From an uncultured Bacillales bacterium (lineage in GTDB: Bacteria > Bacillota_I > Bacilli_A > RF39 > UBA660): 64,000 nt of DNA. Where the stretch lies: positions 8,088 to 72,087 of the forward strand of contig CAOJRT010000002.1 in NCBI GenBank assembly GCA_948442255.1, in the 5' to 3' direction. The translations under genes were made by a program, and so were the position numbers. Below the pieces are notes generated by a model. The model was not told where the DNA came from, ran no database searches, and saw only the letters and a list, made by a program, of their open reading frames with translations. Below are positions 9,901 to 18,672 of the stretch, piece by piece; positions within the stretch are counted from its first letter, which is position 1, and every line of letters starts with the position of its first letter.

Positions 9901-12736
9901 CTAAGGAATTAATATCATGCCCACGTAGCAAGTGCATATAGTTTTCTGGTGGTTGTACCTCAATGTAATCGTAAAACTCCATTGCTTTACATAGATCTTC
10001 ATCACATCTTGTTTCTGCTAAATAAAAAACTTCTCCATTTAAGCAAGCACTCCCAATAAATAACCCTTCTCTATTTTCTTCAATTAGCTTTCTCGGAATT
10101 CTAGCATTCCTTGTAATAAAATTAGTATTAGCATAAGACACAATCTTAAACATATTTTTTAATCCTGTCTTATTTTGTGCAATAAAGGTTACATGTTTTC
10201 CATTATCATATAAATTAGCCAGATGCTCTGAAAAAGTCTTACCAGGAATATTTTCATACATTTGTAAATAATCATCTTTACACCAAGGAAATTTCCATCG
10301 ATAATCCATAATACCATATTTTTCAAATGGATACCCTAAACTTTCTTCTACTTCTTCCCCTTCTTCAATAGGCTTTATAATATAATTTTTATAAGAAACT
10401 AAGTCCCCAATATGTTCTAACTTTTTAGGGCTATTGCGAAAACTAATTTCTTCTAATAATCCCAGATTATTTAAATCACTAATCTTTTTTACTCCCTTTA
10501 TTTGATTTAACATCTTAGAAAAAATATAACCTGTATTTTCGGAGTCAACATCTGCTCCATGGTGTTGCCCAACATATACATTTAAAGAAAGACTCTTTTC
10601 CCCAAAATCATCTTCTACTTTGACAATGATTTCATTTCCAGCAGGATGCAATTTTATATGCCCATCAAAGTCAAGCAAACGAACTCCATCAACCACTTCT
10701 ACATCTACTAGTATCTCTTCTGTTTTAGATGCTTTATGAATTGTATCTAAGTGATAAATGTTACGATATTTTTTAACCCTATTTTCTGAAGAAAAGTCGG
10801 TATCATAATACTCCTGTTTCTCTATTTTCAAAACTTCTTCCCCATCTACTAAAATCTTAGTAAACAAAGAAGCAATTTCACTATCTATAATAGCACCACT
10901 TACACCAGATTCATTAACAGCTTCATCATCTTCATCATCCGCTTCTCCTGTATCAATGCCATAAAACTTTCCTAATGCTTTTAAACTATGTTTTTTTAAA
11001 TCGCGATTAATAACTCTAGATAACATTAAAGTATCAATAATCGGATTCTTTAATTCTCCTAAATCGTATTTATAATAAGCCATATCCAACATGTTTTTAT
11101 CGAATCGAGCATTATGTGCAACAAGTGGCAAATTGCCAATCCACTCTTTAAAACGTTTCGTAACATTACATTCATTATCTGCCGATTTTACATCATCATC
11201 AGAAATTTCAGTTATCCGAGTAATCGCCTCATCAATATGATGTCCAGGATTGATTAATTCATCAAAGCGATCAACAACTTCTCCATTTTTTATTTTGACA
11301 CCACCAATTTCAATCATTGAATCTCCAATCCCAGGGTTAAAACCAGTTGTTTCTGTATCGAATACCACAAAGGTATTGCCGTCTATTTCTTCTTCTGTCG
11401 GATTAAAACAAACATGTAAGAAAGACTCACACATTTCTATTTCTGTTCCATATCCAGCTTTAAAAAATTTTAAATTTTTTTTCTCTTCCTCAGCATCCTG
11501 AATCATTTTTTCCATCTCAGCAATGCCTTCTCCATTTCCTGATGTTTTTATTTCTTCTAAGCTCGCTTTTAATTCATCTATTTTCGCTTGTGCTTTCTTC
11601 TTAAGCCCCTTGTTATAAGAAGCAACTTCTCCAAAGACATGAGGAAAAGATTGACAACAATCATGGTCAGTTATAGCAATACCAGCGTGACCCCACTCTA
11701 TTGCTTGCTTAACAAGTTTAACTTCATCACATACACCATCCATCTGACTCATCATCGTATGTGCATGTAATTCACATCTCTTTTCTTCTTCCTTATCTAT
11801 CCTCTTAATCGTAGGCACATTTTCTAATACTTCATAACTTCTAAAATTAAAGACTAAATCATCTGCAAATGTATCAAAACGAACTTGTCCTTTAAAATGA
11901 AACCATCCACTCTTTAATTCCTTAGATTTTGTAATAAAATCTTCTTCATCTTTTGCAAAAGACTTGGCAAGAATACTAGAAGTATTATCGCTTATTTTCA
12001 AAGTGATTAAATATAAATCTCTTCCATCTTTCGTCTTCAATTGATTAAATTCTGAACCAAAGATATATGCTTCTAAATTAACGTTATTTTCTTCCCTATC
12101 AATACTTCCGATAGTTACAACGCCTTCTCTAGAATAATCAACTTTTTTCTTGTTTCCCCATCCATTAGAATCATTCTTATAAGAAGATTCTTCCTCTTTC
12201 ACAATAGCAATTGGACGATTTTTGGCTTCCTCTATTTCTTCTTGGATTTTTTTCTCATTTTCTTTATTAAGAGCTGTTGTAATTTCCATCTCATAAAATC
12301 CCATAGCAACTAAACCTGATACAAGATTTTTTATTTCTTTTTTTAACATGTCTGCAATTTCACTACGCGAATCTAACTCAATGATAATAAAATCATCATC
12401 AATTGTAATATTTTTATTTTCTAAAGAAACCAAAGAAGGTCGTTTTAAAATTAAATCACTTAATAAAACTTTAAAAGCTTCCAAAATATCTTGATCGTCT
12501 ACATCATTATAAATAAAATGAACATGACAAGGATTCTCTCCACGAATGCCTTTTTTTGCACACTGTAATAAAGAAAATGTGGCTTTTGGAGATAAAGGCT
12601 TTTCGTTTTCGATAAACACATTAAAAGAATTATCTTTTTTATTTAGTATAACTTTCGAGATAGATGCTCCCTCAAAATCTTTATTTTCATCTGTAAAACC
12701 TATACTTTTTAAAAAATTTAGCATCTTCTCTTCCAT
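6932..12736 (-). CDS. polC: DNA polymerase III alpha subunit, PolC type, unusually long (1934 aa)
   Basis: PHP motif CELHAHTMMSQMDG. DEDD exonuclease FVVFDTETTG / HNARFD / HHGADVD. Zn finger HYYCPKCQH...CPKCG. Core GYLVGSRGSVGSS, PDIDLNFSG, GTLGVPEFGT. C-terminal NQLSLF. Several extra in-frame blocks (see findings). Confidence 0.97.
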   Translation of the reverse strand: MEEKMLNFLKSIGFTDENKDFEGASISKVILNKKDNSFNVFIENEKPLSPKATFSLLQCAKKGIRGENPCHVHFIYNDVDDQDILEAFKVLLSDLILKRPSLVSLENKNITIDDDFIIIELDSRSEIADMLKKEIKNLVSGLVAMGFYEMEITTALNKENEKKIQEEIEEAKNRPIAIVKEEESSYKNDSNGWGNKKKVDYSREGVVTIGSIDREENNVNLEAYIFGSEFNQLKTKDGRDLYLITLKISDNTSSILAKSFAKDEEDFITKSKELKSGWFHFKGQVRFDTFADDLVFNFRSYEVLENVPTIKRIDKEEEKRCELHAHTMMSQMDGVCDEVKLVKQAIEWGHAGIAITDHDCCQSFPHVFGEVASYNKGLKKKAQAKIDELKASLEEIKTSGNGEGIAEMEKMIQDAEEEKKNLKFFKAGYGTEIEMCESFLHVCFNPTEEEIDGNTFVVFDTETTGFNPGIGDSMIEIGGVKIKNGEVVDRFDELINPGHHIDEAITRITEISDDDVKSADNECNVTKRFKEWIGNLPLVAHNARFDKNMLDMAYYKYDLGELKNPIIDTLMLSRVINRDLKKHSLKALGKFYGIDTGEADDEDDEAVNESGVSGAIIDSEIASLFTKILVDGEEVLKIEKQEYYDTDFSSENRVKKYRNIYHLDTIHKASKTEEILVDVEVVDGVRLLDFDGHIKLHPAGNEIIVKVEDDFGEKSLSLNVYVGQHHGADVDSENTGYIFSKMLNQIKGVKKISDLNNLGLLEEISFRNSPKKLEHIGDLVSYKNYIIKPIEEGEEVEESLGYPFEKYGIMDYRWKFPWCKDDYLQMYENIPGKTFSEHLANLYDNGKHVTFIAQNKTGLKNMFKIVSYANTNFITRNARIPRKLIEENREGLFIGSACLNGEVFYLAETRCDEDLCKAMEFYDYIEVQPPENYMHLLRGHDINSLDHLHTCLKKIIRCAKKIGKMVVATGDVHQIHPEDRLYREIIVNQNVPGKGRHPLARYLASSSKRCTNLENIAKVVEKAKSQGVLLNEVDQKVLKYIYVLTKIKKIAITSTNIAFIYAPDKKNAYEDSFKGRDGEAEKLKAVSSSLRKLSVAGIVREQDNVYILNGYYNDSVAAQEGHIPNQFFRTTKEMKEEFAFLEDADLIHEIVVENPNKIIEQLEDIEVVVYPDKPYSPIIEHSQETCRDLVFDKAHSMYGNPLPPNIEERIAQEFYGDKINDLVKENLTLLYPDKTDEERDAMFTPYLHDVIMSGYDGVIALKKEQVKRNSETELTNEEAIEQAKAQLTGIIGGGFDVIYLIAQKLVKHSNDDGYLVGSRGSVGSSFVASMMGITECNGLPAHYYCPKCQHSEFQDDEGVSYAENYPSGFDLPEKACPKCGEIMIHQGNDMPFATFLGFAGEKVPDIDLNFSGDNQASAHEYTKVLFGTDNVYRAGTIGTVADKTAYGYVQGYYEERLHDILKTEATSYGLTVTGKDDLKKKGVIKSFVRVPEVERIAVGCTGVKRTTGQHPGGIVVVPGYKDIWDFTPFQYPADDPTSAWRTTHFDYHAIDADLLKLDILGHDDPTVLRMLQELAVTYITHGKEFDVTAIDLGDLDTMKIFTGPEILGVDRYRLRGSVDKEGRKYCPTGTLGVPEFGTSFLLGMLEETKPTTFAELIKISGLSHGTDVWLGNARDLCTPNKEGVIEVPFKDVIGCRDDIMVNLIQWGMKPAKAFKIMEFVRKGKPSKDPATWADHAAAMREANIPEWYIESCRKIKYMFPKAHATAYVTSAFRIAWFKVHYPILYYCAYLSIRRDQFDIASMVRGGDAIRAKIDEIDTKGNQASNKDLDIRETLLLCLEMCERGFYFKNIDVDKSDGKKFIITEDEKGLIIPFRALDGLGENVADAIVKARKGGPFISIQDLRERGKVNNTSLEKLKELGCLDNMSESNQLSLF

Positions 12737-12745
12737 ATCCTACAC

Positions 12746-15646
12746 CTACAACTCTTCCATATTTGTAATAACAATTTGATATTTATCCAATCTTTTTACC
12801 ACTTGTCCTCTAAAACGAACAAAATCTCCACTTTTAACAAGATTTAAAAACGCATTATGTTTTGGAAAAACAATAAAATCAATGGTATCCGTTTCATCAC
12901 TAGCCGAAATAAACCCCATTGTTTCTCCTTTTTTCGTTTTAATTTTTCGCACACTATTTATTATAACAACACATGAAACAAATTTGTCAAAAAATTGCAC
13001 AATTCGATTAAGTTTCATCACATTATGTTGAAACTTACTTGCTGGATGATTTGTTACATAGTAACCAAATGTTTCTAATTCTTTTGTCATAAGTAGTGGT
13101 TCACTATATTCTTCATGCTCCACTATATTTGGTTTCATCACAAAAGACTCATCCAAATCATTGCATAACAACGCATAATCTAAAGCACTATCTATATTTT
13201 GAACCAATGTATTATGATTCACTCCAAAGTCCCGAAAACAATCAGCATCAATTAATGCTTCTATTGTTTTTTTATTAACACTTTTACCATATGTACGAGC
13301 AACAAAGTTAAAAAAGTCTGTAAATCTTCCTCCTTCTTTTCTAGCAAGGAGAATTTGTGCAACAGCCGCTCCACCAATATTATGAATCGCCGAAAGAGGT
13401 AATAGTAAAGCGTTCCCTTTGATAACATAAGAATCTAAACTAACATTAATATTTGGCTTAAAAAAACGTATATTTTTCTTTTTTGCTTCATCTATATATT
13501 CTTTTGTTTTTATTACACTGCCAATACTCATATTAAGTAGATTTGCCATAAAATAAACGGGGTAATTTGCTTTTAAATAAGCCATCTGATACCCTATTAA
13601 GGCATAAGAAACAGAATGAGCCTTATTAAACCCGTAATTAGCAAAAGCAAGTATGGTATCATATACTTCTTCTGCTACATCCTTAGTATAACCATTATGA
13701 ATAGAACGTTTAATAAAGACTTCTCGTTCTTTTTCCATAACTTCCACTTTTTTCTTACTCATTGCCCGGCGAATGTTATCGGCCTCAGAGAACCTATACC
13801 CTCCCATTAAAACCAAAACTTGCATTATTTGTTCTTGATAAACCATAATCCCGTAAGTATCTTTTAAAATAGGTTCTAAAGAAGAATCAGGATATATGAC
13901 CTTCTCTTTCCCCTCTTTTCGTCGTATAAACATATCAATATTTTGCATAGGACCTGGACGATATAAAGCCAAAGCTGCAACTAAATCACTAAAGGAAGTT
14001 GGTTTCAATTTGGCAATAAAACTTTTCATTCCAGAGCTTTCAAATTGAAAAACCCCCTCTGTATCCACTTGACGAAAGATATTCATCGTAACAGGGTCTT
14101 CTAGCGGAATAGAAGCCAAAGGAAGTTCTTTTCCTGTTTCTTCCTTAATAAGCTCTAAGACATTTTGAATAATAGTTAAATTACGCAAAGCCAAAAAATC
14201 CATTTTTAATAAGCCTAAATCTTCTAAAAATTCCATCGTATAGCCAGTAAGTAATTCTCCCCCATTATTGCAAACAGGAATCACTTCATCCAAAGGAACA
14301 GAAGAAATGACAACCCCAGCAGCATGAGTACTGATATGTCTTTTTAACCCTTCCAACTTATAGCTAATTTGATACACTTCATTTAAAGAGGCGTGTTGCA
14401 TAACAAAATCATGAATTGTCTTATTTTTCAAATTTTCTTCTAGACTACTTTTTGGATCCAACAAAGAACTCAATCGATCCACTAATTTCACATCTACATT
14501 TAGACATTTCCCCACATCGCGTATAACCTGACGAGCACCAAATGTTCCAAATGTCATAATGTTGGCAACACAAGTCTTACCATATTTTTCCTTAACATAC
14601 GAAATAACCTGGTCTCTTTTTGTATATTCAAAATCGATATCTATATCAGGCATAGTAATACGTTCTGGATTTAAAAAACGTTCAAAAAGAAGATCATAAG
14701 CTATAGGATCTACACTTGTAATCCCAAGTACATAACTAACAAGGCTTCCCGCAGCTGAACCTCTACCTGGTCCGACCAATATATGATGCATCTTAGCATA
14801 GCGCACATAATCATAAACAATTAAGAAATAATCAACAAAGCCCATAGAATGGATGACTTCAAGTTCATAATCCAAACGTTCTTCATAAGCAGATGGAATT
14901 TCGCCATTTAATCTCTTCAACAAGCCTTTTTTACATAATGAGGTCAAATAGGCAAAGGAATCTTCAATATCTTTATCATAATGCGGAATATAAGTTCCTT
15001 GTTTTGGAATTTTTAAATCAAACATCTGTGCAAATTCCTCTGTTGTCTTAGCATCCTCATCTAAGATTTCTTTATCTAAATAAGCATCACTATAGATTTG
15101 TAAATCTTGACTTACCCCCAAATCTATTTCTCTTAACATTCCTAAATATTTGACTTCTTGAAACGAAAAACAACACATTTCTTGAATATAAACAATATTG
15201 GAATTTTTAATGATAGCATTGCTCTTTTCAAAATGATTCTTATAACCAAGATATAAATCATGATAAATAGTAAGCAATTCATCATAAATAGACAGACTCT
15301 CAAAGGGAAGAACACAAAGTAAAGAACTCTTTAAAGTTTTTAAAGTAACATAACTGACTTCTTTGTTCTGAATCAAAGTATTTACCTTTAATAAATTTAA
15401 GTATCCTTCATAATTTTTAGCATATAAATAAAAATAGTTTTCTTGTAAATATACTTTAAGTCCTATAATAGGCTTAATGTCATTAGCTAAACATCCTTTA
15501 TAAAATGCCATACTTCCAAATAAGTTATCATCCAAAATAGCACAGGTTGAAAGATTATGTTGTTTTAAATAAGCAAATAATATAGGCATTTTAATTAAAC
15601 TTTGTAACAAAGAATAATCCGTTCGAATTCCAAGAGGCACAAACAT
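12746..15646 (-). CDS. dnaE: DNA polymerase III alpha subunit, DnaE type
   Basis: 966 aa. PHP N-terminus, GPGRGSAAGSLVSYVLGIT, MPDIDIDF, FNKAHSVSYA, C-terminal OB fold. Stop lies 9 nt before the polC start. Confidence 0.95.
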   Translation of the reverse strand: MFVPLGIRTDYSLLQSLIKMPILFAYLKQHNLSTCAILDDNLFGSMAFYKGCLANDIKPIIGLKVYLQENYFYLYAKNYEGYLNLLKVNTLIQNKEVSYVTLKTLKSSLLCVLPFESLSIYDELLTIYHDLYLGYKNHFEKSNAIIKNSNIVYIQEMCCFSFQEVKYLGMLREIDLGVSQDLQIYSDAYLDKEILDEDAKTTEEFAQMFDLKIPKQGTYIPHYDKDIEDSFAYLTSLCKKGLLKRLNGEIPSAYEERLDYELEVIHSMGFVDYFLIVYDYVRYAKMHHILVGPGRGSAAGSLVSYVLGITSVDPIAYDLLFERFLNPERITMPDIDIDFEYTKRDQVISYVKEKYGKTCVANIMTFGTFGARQVIRDVGKCLNVDVKLVDRLSSLLDPKSSLEENLKNKTIHDFVMQHASLNEVYQISYKLEGLKRHISTHAAGVVISSVPLDEVIPVCNNGGELLTGYTMEFLEDLGLLKMDFLALRNLTIIQNVLELIKEETGKELPLASIPLEDPVTMNIFRQVDTEGVFQFESSGMKSFIAKLKPTSFSDLVAALALYRPGPMQNIDMFIRRKEGKEKVIYPDSSLEPILKDTYGIMVYQEQIMQVLVLMGGYRFSEADNIRRAMSKKKVEVMEKEREVFIKRSIHNGYTKDVAEEVYDTILAFANYGFNKAHSVSYALIGYQMAYLKANYPVYFMANLLNMSIGSVIKTKEYIDEAKKKNIRFFKPNINVSLDSYVIKGNALLLPLSAIHNIGGAAVAQILLARKEGGRFTDFFNFVARTYGKSVNKKTIEALIDADCFRDFGVNHNTLVQNIDSALDYALLCNDLDESFVMKPNIVEHEEYSEPLLMTKELETFGYYVTNHPASKFQHNVMKLNRIVQFFDKFVSCVVIINSVRKIKTKKGETMGFISASDETDTIDFIVFPKHNAFLNLVKSGDFVRFRGQVVKRLDKYQIVITNMEEL

Positions 15647-15778
15647 AAAAAAACCACCTTTCTATATAAAGAACATAAAATTAAAGAAATATTTTCTTTT
15701 TCACATTATATCGCAAATATACATTTGTTCGCAACAAGAAAAGCTGTAAAAAAGTAAGAAATGAAAAAAATTAAATAA

Positions 15779-15807
15779 TTGACAACAAGAACATCTTATG
15801 GTAAAGT
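15779..15807 (+). promoter_or_regulatory. sigma-A-type promoter for rpmB
   Basis: TTGACA, 17-nt spacer, TAAAGT, ~36 nt upstream of the rpmB ATG. Confidence 0.5.
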
Positions 15808-15843
15808 CAATAAAGAAATGAATTTATTTAAGGAGGCGTAATT

Positions 15844-16014
15844 ATGGCAAAAAATTTAAGTACAAAAAAACCTTTAACTGGTAATAGAAGAAGTCATGCT
15901 TTAAATGCGACAAAACATGCACAAAAACCAAATTTCCAAAAAGTTACAATTAATGGAGAAAAAGTTATTTTATCTGCAAGAGAAGCAAAAACAATTAAGA
16001 AAGATGCTAAATAA
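15844..16014 (+). CDS. rpmB: 50S ribosomal protein L28
   Basis: 56-aa ORF missing from the track (<60 aa). RBS AAGGAGG. MAKNLSTKKPLTGNRRSHALNATKHAQKPNFQKVTINGEKV... matches the L28 pattern (GN..SHA.N.TKR...PN.Q). Confidence 0.9.
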   Translation: MAKNLSTKKPLTGNRRSHALNATKHAQKPNFQKVTINGEKVILSAREAKTIKKDAK

Positions 16015-16034
16015 ACCAAAAGTGGTTTTTTTTT
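16014..16034 (+). terminator. short hairpin/T-run terminator after rpmB (A/T runs on both sides, possibly bidirectional)
   Basis: AACCA-AAAG-TGGTT followed by T9. Sits between convergent rpmB and rpoZ. Confidence 0.4.
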
Positions 16035-16048
16035 GCAAAAAAAAGACA

Positions 16049-16243
16049 TTACTGAATAGTAATGAGACCTTTTTCCACTTCTTCCAAAGCACGTCCTAGT
16101 TCTTTTTTATTCACATATTCACTTTGTTTCATTTGAAAATGCTTATTTTGTAACATCTGTTTACTTCTTCTAGATGCTATATGAACTAGTTTGTACTTTG
16201 AATCAACAATATTTAATAGTTTGTCGATTGAAGGATATATCAT
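16049..16243 (-). CDS. rpoZ: DNA-directed RNA polymerase subunit omega
   Basis: 64 aa. MIYPSIDKLLNIVDSKYKLVHIASRRSKQM is the typical Firmicute RpoZ N-terminus. Confidence 0.85.
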   Translation of the reverse strand: MIYPSIDKLLNIVDSKYKLVHIASRRSKQMLQNKHFQMKQSEYVNKKELGRALEEVEKGLITIQ

Positions 16244-16330
16244 TTTTCATCACGCCCTTACAATACTATAATATCTAATTTTACATTTATTATATAGTAT
16301 TTACTTATTAAATTGACACACTTTTTACAA

Positions 16331-16699
16331 TTAACTTTCTTCTAACAAAGAAGCTTTTACCTCTTCGCCTTCTTTTACTAGCTTAATCTTAAGACCATTT
16401 AAAGTCGCTTTACTATTTCTAGGATCAACGACATTCCCCTCTTGATTAACAGAAACATAATATTTACTTTCTACCAAATCTCTAACAGTAATAATTTGCA
16501 CCCCTTCTTGTTCCAAAGTAGAGGAATTCTTCCCATAGAGTTCTGCTTGTCGCAAGATAAGATAAGTAGTCTCTTCATAAATTTCCCCTGCATCATCTTT
16601 AAAAGCATTCGACGTACTAATAACAACTCCTAGGGTAATCACTCCTAAAAGGACAATAACAATTAATAATTCAACTGCCGAATAACCATTCTTTTTCAC
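16331..16699 (-). CDS. prepilin-type N-terminal cleavage/methylation domain protein (type IV pilin/pseudopilin-like)
   Basis: GTG start after GGTGA. N-terminus KKNG|YSAVELLIVIVLLGVITLG fits the class III signal (G / aromatic-x-x-x-E + hydrophobic helix). Confidence 0.75.
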   Translation of the reverse strand: MKKNGYSAVELLIVIVLLGVITLGVVISTSNAFKDDAGEIYEETTYLILRQAELYGKNSSTLEQEGVQIITVRDLVESKYYVSVNQEGNVVDPRNSKATLNGLKIKLVKEGEEVKASLLEES

Positions 16700-16731
16700 T
16701 TTACTTCACCTATAAAAATTATATCACATTT

Positions 16732-17649
16732 CTAATCTTTTTTTGCAAAATAAGTAAGAATTGCTTTTCTATATATTTCTTTTGCTCGTAAATACATTGC
16801 TTCACTAGATAAAGAAAGATGTTTCATCATTACTCCACTATTTATTTCTAAGATAAAATATCCTTCACTTGTCTTGATAACATCAACGCTTCCAAAAGAA
16901 AGTCCTATATAAGAAACAGCTTCTAACGCCAAAGCAGTAACACTTTCCCTTACAGAATCTAGTATATCGAGAGACAAACGAGAACCACAAGATAAATTAA
17001 ACTTCCAATCATAGACATACTCTTCTCCCAAAGAAAGAATGCGATCCTCCAATCTTTCTACAATAGGAGAAAAATAAGTCGGATTAAAATCACAAAGCAA
17101 TTCCTGTATACTCCTTTTTCCATCCCCTACTACTTTAGGCATCTCTTTTTTATAGATGAGCTCTACCTTGCCATTTAAAACAATAACTCGATATTCATTT
17201 TCTATAGCATAATAAGGACATAAACTAATAGAATAATTCTTTTTAGTCAGTTGATAATAAATGCGTTCTAAAGCAGAAGTATCTTTTATATGAAAAACAC
17301 TTCTTCCACATGTCCCATCATTTACTTTTAAAACTACATCTTCTTCATATAAGAAAAATAATTTTTCCAAATCTTGAAACGTATTACACCCTTCTGCGTA
17401 AGATTGTTTCACATTTTCTCCATAAAAAATATGATGCGTAACAACAGAAATATTTCCCAAATTTAACAAGGAATATAAAGCGTATTTATCATCAATTACA
17501 GTCCCTAAAGCATGATCATCCAAAGCAAATTTATAACCAGCAATAACTTTTCTAACACCATCCTTTTCAAGAACACAAATCCAATCTTTTGAAAGGAAAT
17601 GACATTGTATATTTTCTTCTTTACATATCTCTATAAACATTTCTTTCAT
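16732..17649 (-). CDS. ATP-grasp domain protein
   Basis: Start taken at ATG 17649 (GGTGA 5 nt upstream). VVLKVNDGTCGRSVFHI, EYRVIVLNGKV and GSVDVIKTSEGYFILEINSG are typical ATP-grasp strands. Confidence 0.7.
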   Translation of the reverse strand: MKEMFIEICKEENIQCHFLSKDWICVLEKDGVRKVIAGYKFALDDHALGTVIDDKYALYSLLNLGNISVVTHHIFYGENVKQSYAEGCNTFQDLEKLFFLYEEDVVLKVNDGTCGRSVFHIKDTSALERIYYQLTKKNYSISLCPYYAIENEYRVIVLNGKVELIYKKEMPKVVGDGKRSIQELLCDFNPTYFSPIVERLEDRILSLGEEYVYDWKFNLSCGSRLSLDILDSVRESVTALALEAVSYIGLSFGSVDVIKTSEGYFILEINSGVMMKHLSLSSEAMYLRAKEIYRKAILTYFAKKD

Positions 17650-17676
17650 GTGCTTCACCAATTATAAGTATACCAT

Positions 17677-17700
17677 GAAAAAAATCTCCAGAGGGAGATT
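17677..17700 (-). terminator. rho-independent terminator of the split CotD-like gene
   Basis: Minus strand AATCTCC-CTCT-GGAGATT + TTTTTT, starting 2 nt after the TAA at 17703..17705. Confidence 0.8.
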
Positions 17701-17702
17701 TC

Positions 17703-17819
17703 TTAAAAACCACATTTATTATCATATACATTACATACTTCATTTTCCTCACAACAAGTAAATACAGGTTGATAAGTATGTCTATATATATGATGATTAA
17801 TGATTCTCGTATTGATAGG
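17703..17819 (-). pseudogene. 3' segment of interrupted CotD-like Cys/His-rich gene (no start, RBS or promoter of its own)
   Basis: Frame not listed in the track: (HIV)P-INTRIINHHIYRHTYQPVFTCCEENEVCNVYDNKCGF*. The (V/I)NH.H..H....P pattern resembles the B. subtilis CotD core. Continues the 22627..22830 ORF exactly in frame across the shared CCT. Confidence 0.75.
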
Positions 17820-17854
17820 AACAATATGTCATTGCCCCTTTTTGATAGATTCAT

Positions 17855-18640
17855 TCATTTCTTAATGTATTTACATTTTGGATAATTAGAACACCCAATG
17901 AATTTTCCATATTTTCCATTTTTTTCAACTAATTCATTACCACATTTTGGACATATTATACTATTTTCTAATTCTCTATTATTATTAATTTTAATACGAA
18001 TATCTTTCACATGCTGTTTTCTTAACGACTTATCTTCAATATTATTAGATATAATTATATTTTCTAATTCTTTTATATCATTATCAATAAGTAATTCTTC
18101 ATGTTTTAAAATTTCACTTTTTAAATAATCAACTTGTGTGACTATACTACTACTTTTAACATCAACCTTTGCTTGATTAGAAAAACAAATAATCGAAACA
18201 AAATATTTATCATCTACTTTAAGTAAATTTGATAAAGATTTTATATGGCCAAAATTTTGATGAATAGGATTTACAAAGTAGCTTTTATTTTTTCCTAAAT
18301 ATTGACACCATTTATTATCATATTCTTTTCCTTTAATCAAACCATAATAATTTTTCATTTCGATAACAAAAATTCCAAACCCTGATATAACTACATGGTC
18401 AATTTGATGAGTTCCTTTTTCATCTTTTATCATAATATCATTTAAAACTACATATTTATTTTTAGGTAATTTTTTTAATTCTAATTTTACCCAAAACTCT
18501 CCCATAAATCCTCTAAACTTTGGATAATATATTTTTAATATTATATATAATACTATTAAAACACTTGTTTCTAATAACAACATTGGATTATTTAAATACA
18601 CATTTATAATTCCTTCAATAAAACTTTTAATCATATCCAT
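17855..18640 (-). CDS. NERD domain protein with C-terminal topoisomerase-type C4 zinc ribbon
   Basis: 261 aa. N-terminal TM, NERD-like core (QIDHVVISGFGIFVIEMKNY), C-terminal CPKCGNELVEKNGKYGKFIGCSNYPKCKY. Confidence 0.8.
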   Translation of the reverse strand: MDMIKSFIEGIINVYLNNPMLLLETSVLIVLYIILKIYYPKFRGFMGEFWVKLELKKLPKNKYVVLNDIMIKDEKGTHQIDHVVISGFGIFVIEMKNYYGLIKGKEYDNKWCQYLGKNKSYFVNPIHQNFGHIKSLSNLLKVDDKYFVSIICFSNQAKVDVKSSSIVTQVDYLKSEILKHEELLIDNDIKELENIIISNNIEDKSLRKQHVKDIRIKINNNRELENSIICPKCGNELVEKNGKYGKFIGCSNYPKCKYIKK

Positions 18641-18672
18641 GAAATCACATCCATAATAATTATATCATGATT

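Noticed and set aside
6932-12736. PolC extra segments as inteins
   Set aside because: None of the insertion boundaries shows the intein signature (N-terminal Cys/Ser, C-terminal His-Asn followed by Cys/Ser/Thr). No homing-endonuclease (LAGLIDADG/HNH) motifs were seen.
15905-16099. 64-aa plus-strand track ORF
   Set aside because: It is the wrong frame of rpmB (15844..16014) and runs through the terminator into antisense rpoZ. The L28 frame has the RBS and family signature.
17621-17854. 77-aa track ORF (MNLSKRGNDILFLS...) spanning the element/chromosome junction
   Set aside because: Low-complexity hydrophobic translation with no RBS. It overlaps the ATP-grasp start and the terminator hairpin. 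A different frame of the same DNA gives the CotD-like 3' segment that joins in frame to 22627..22830.
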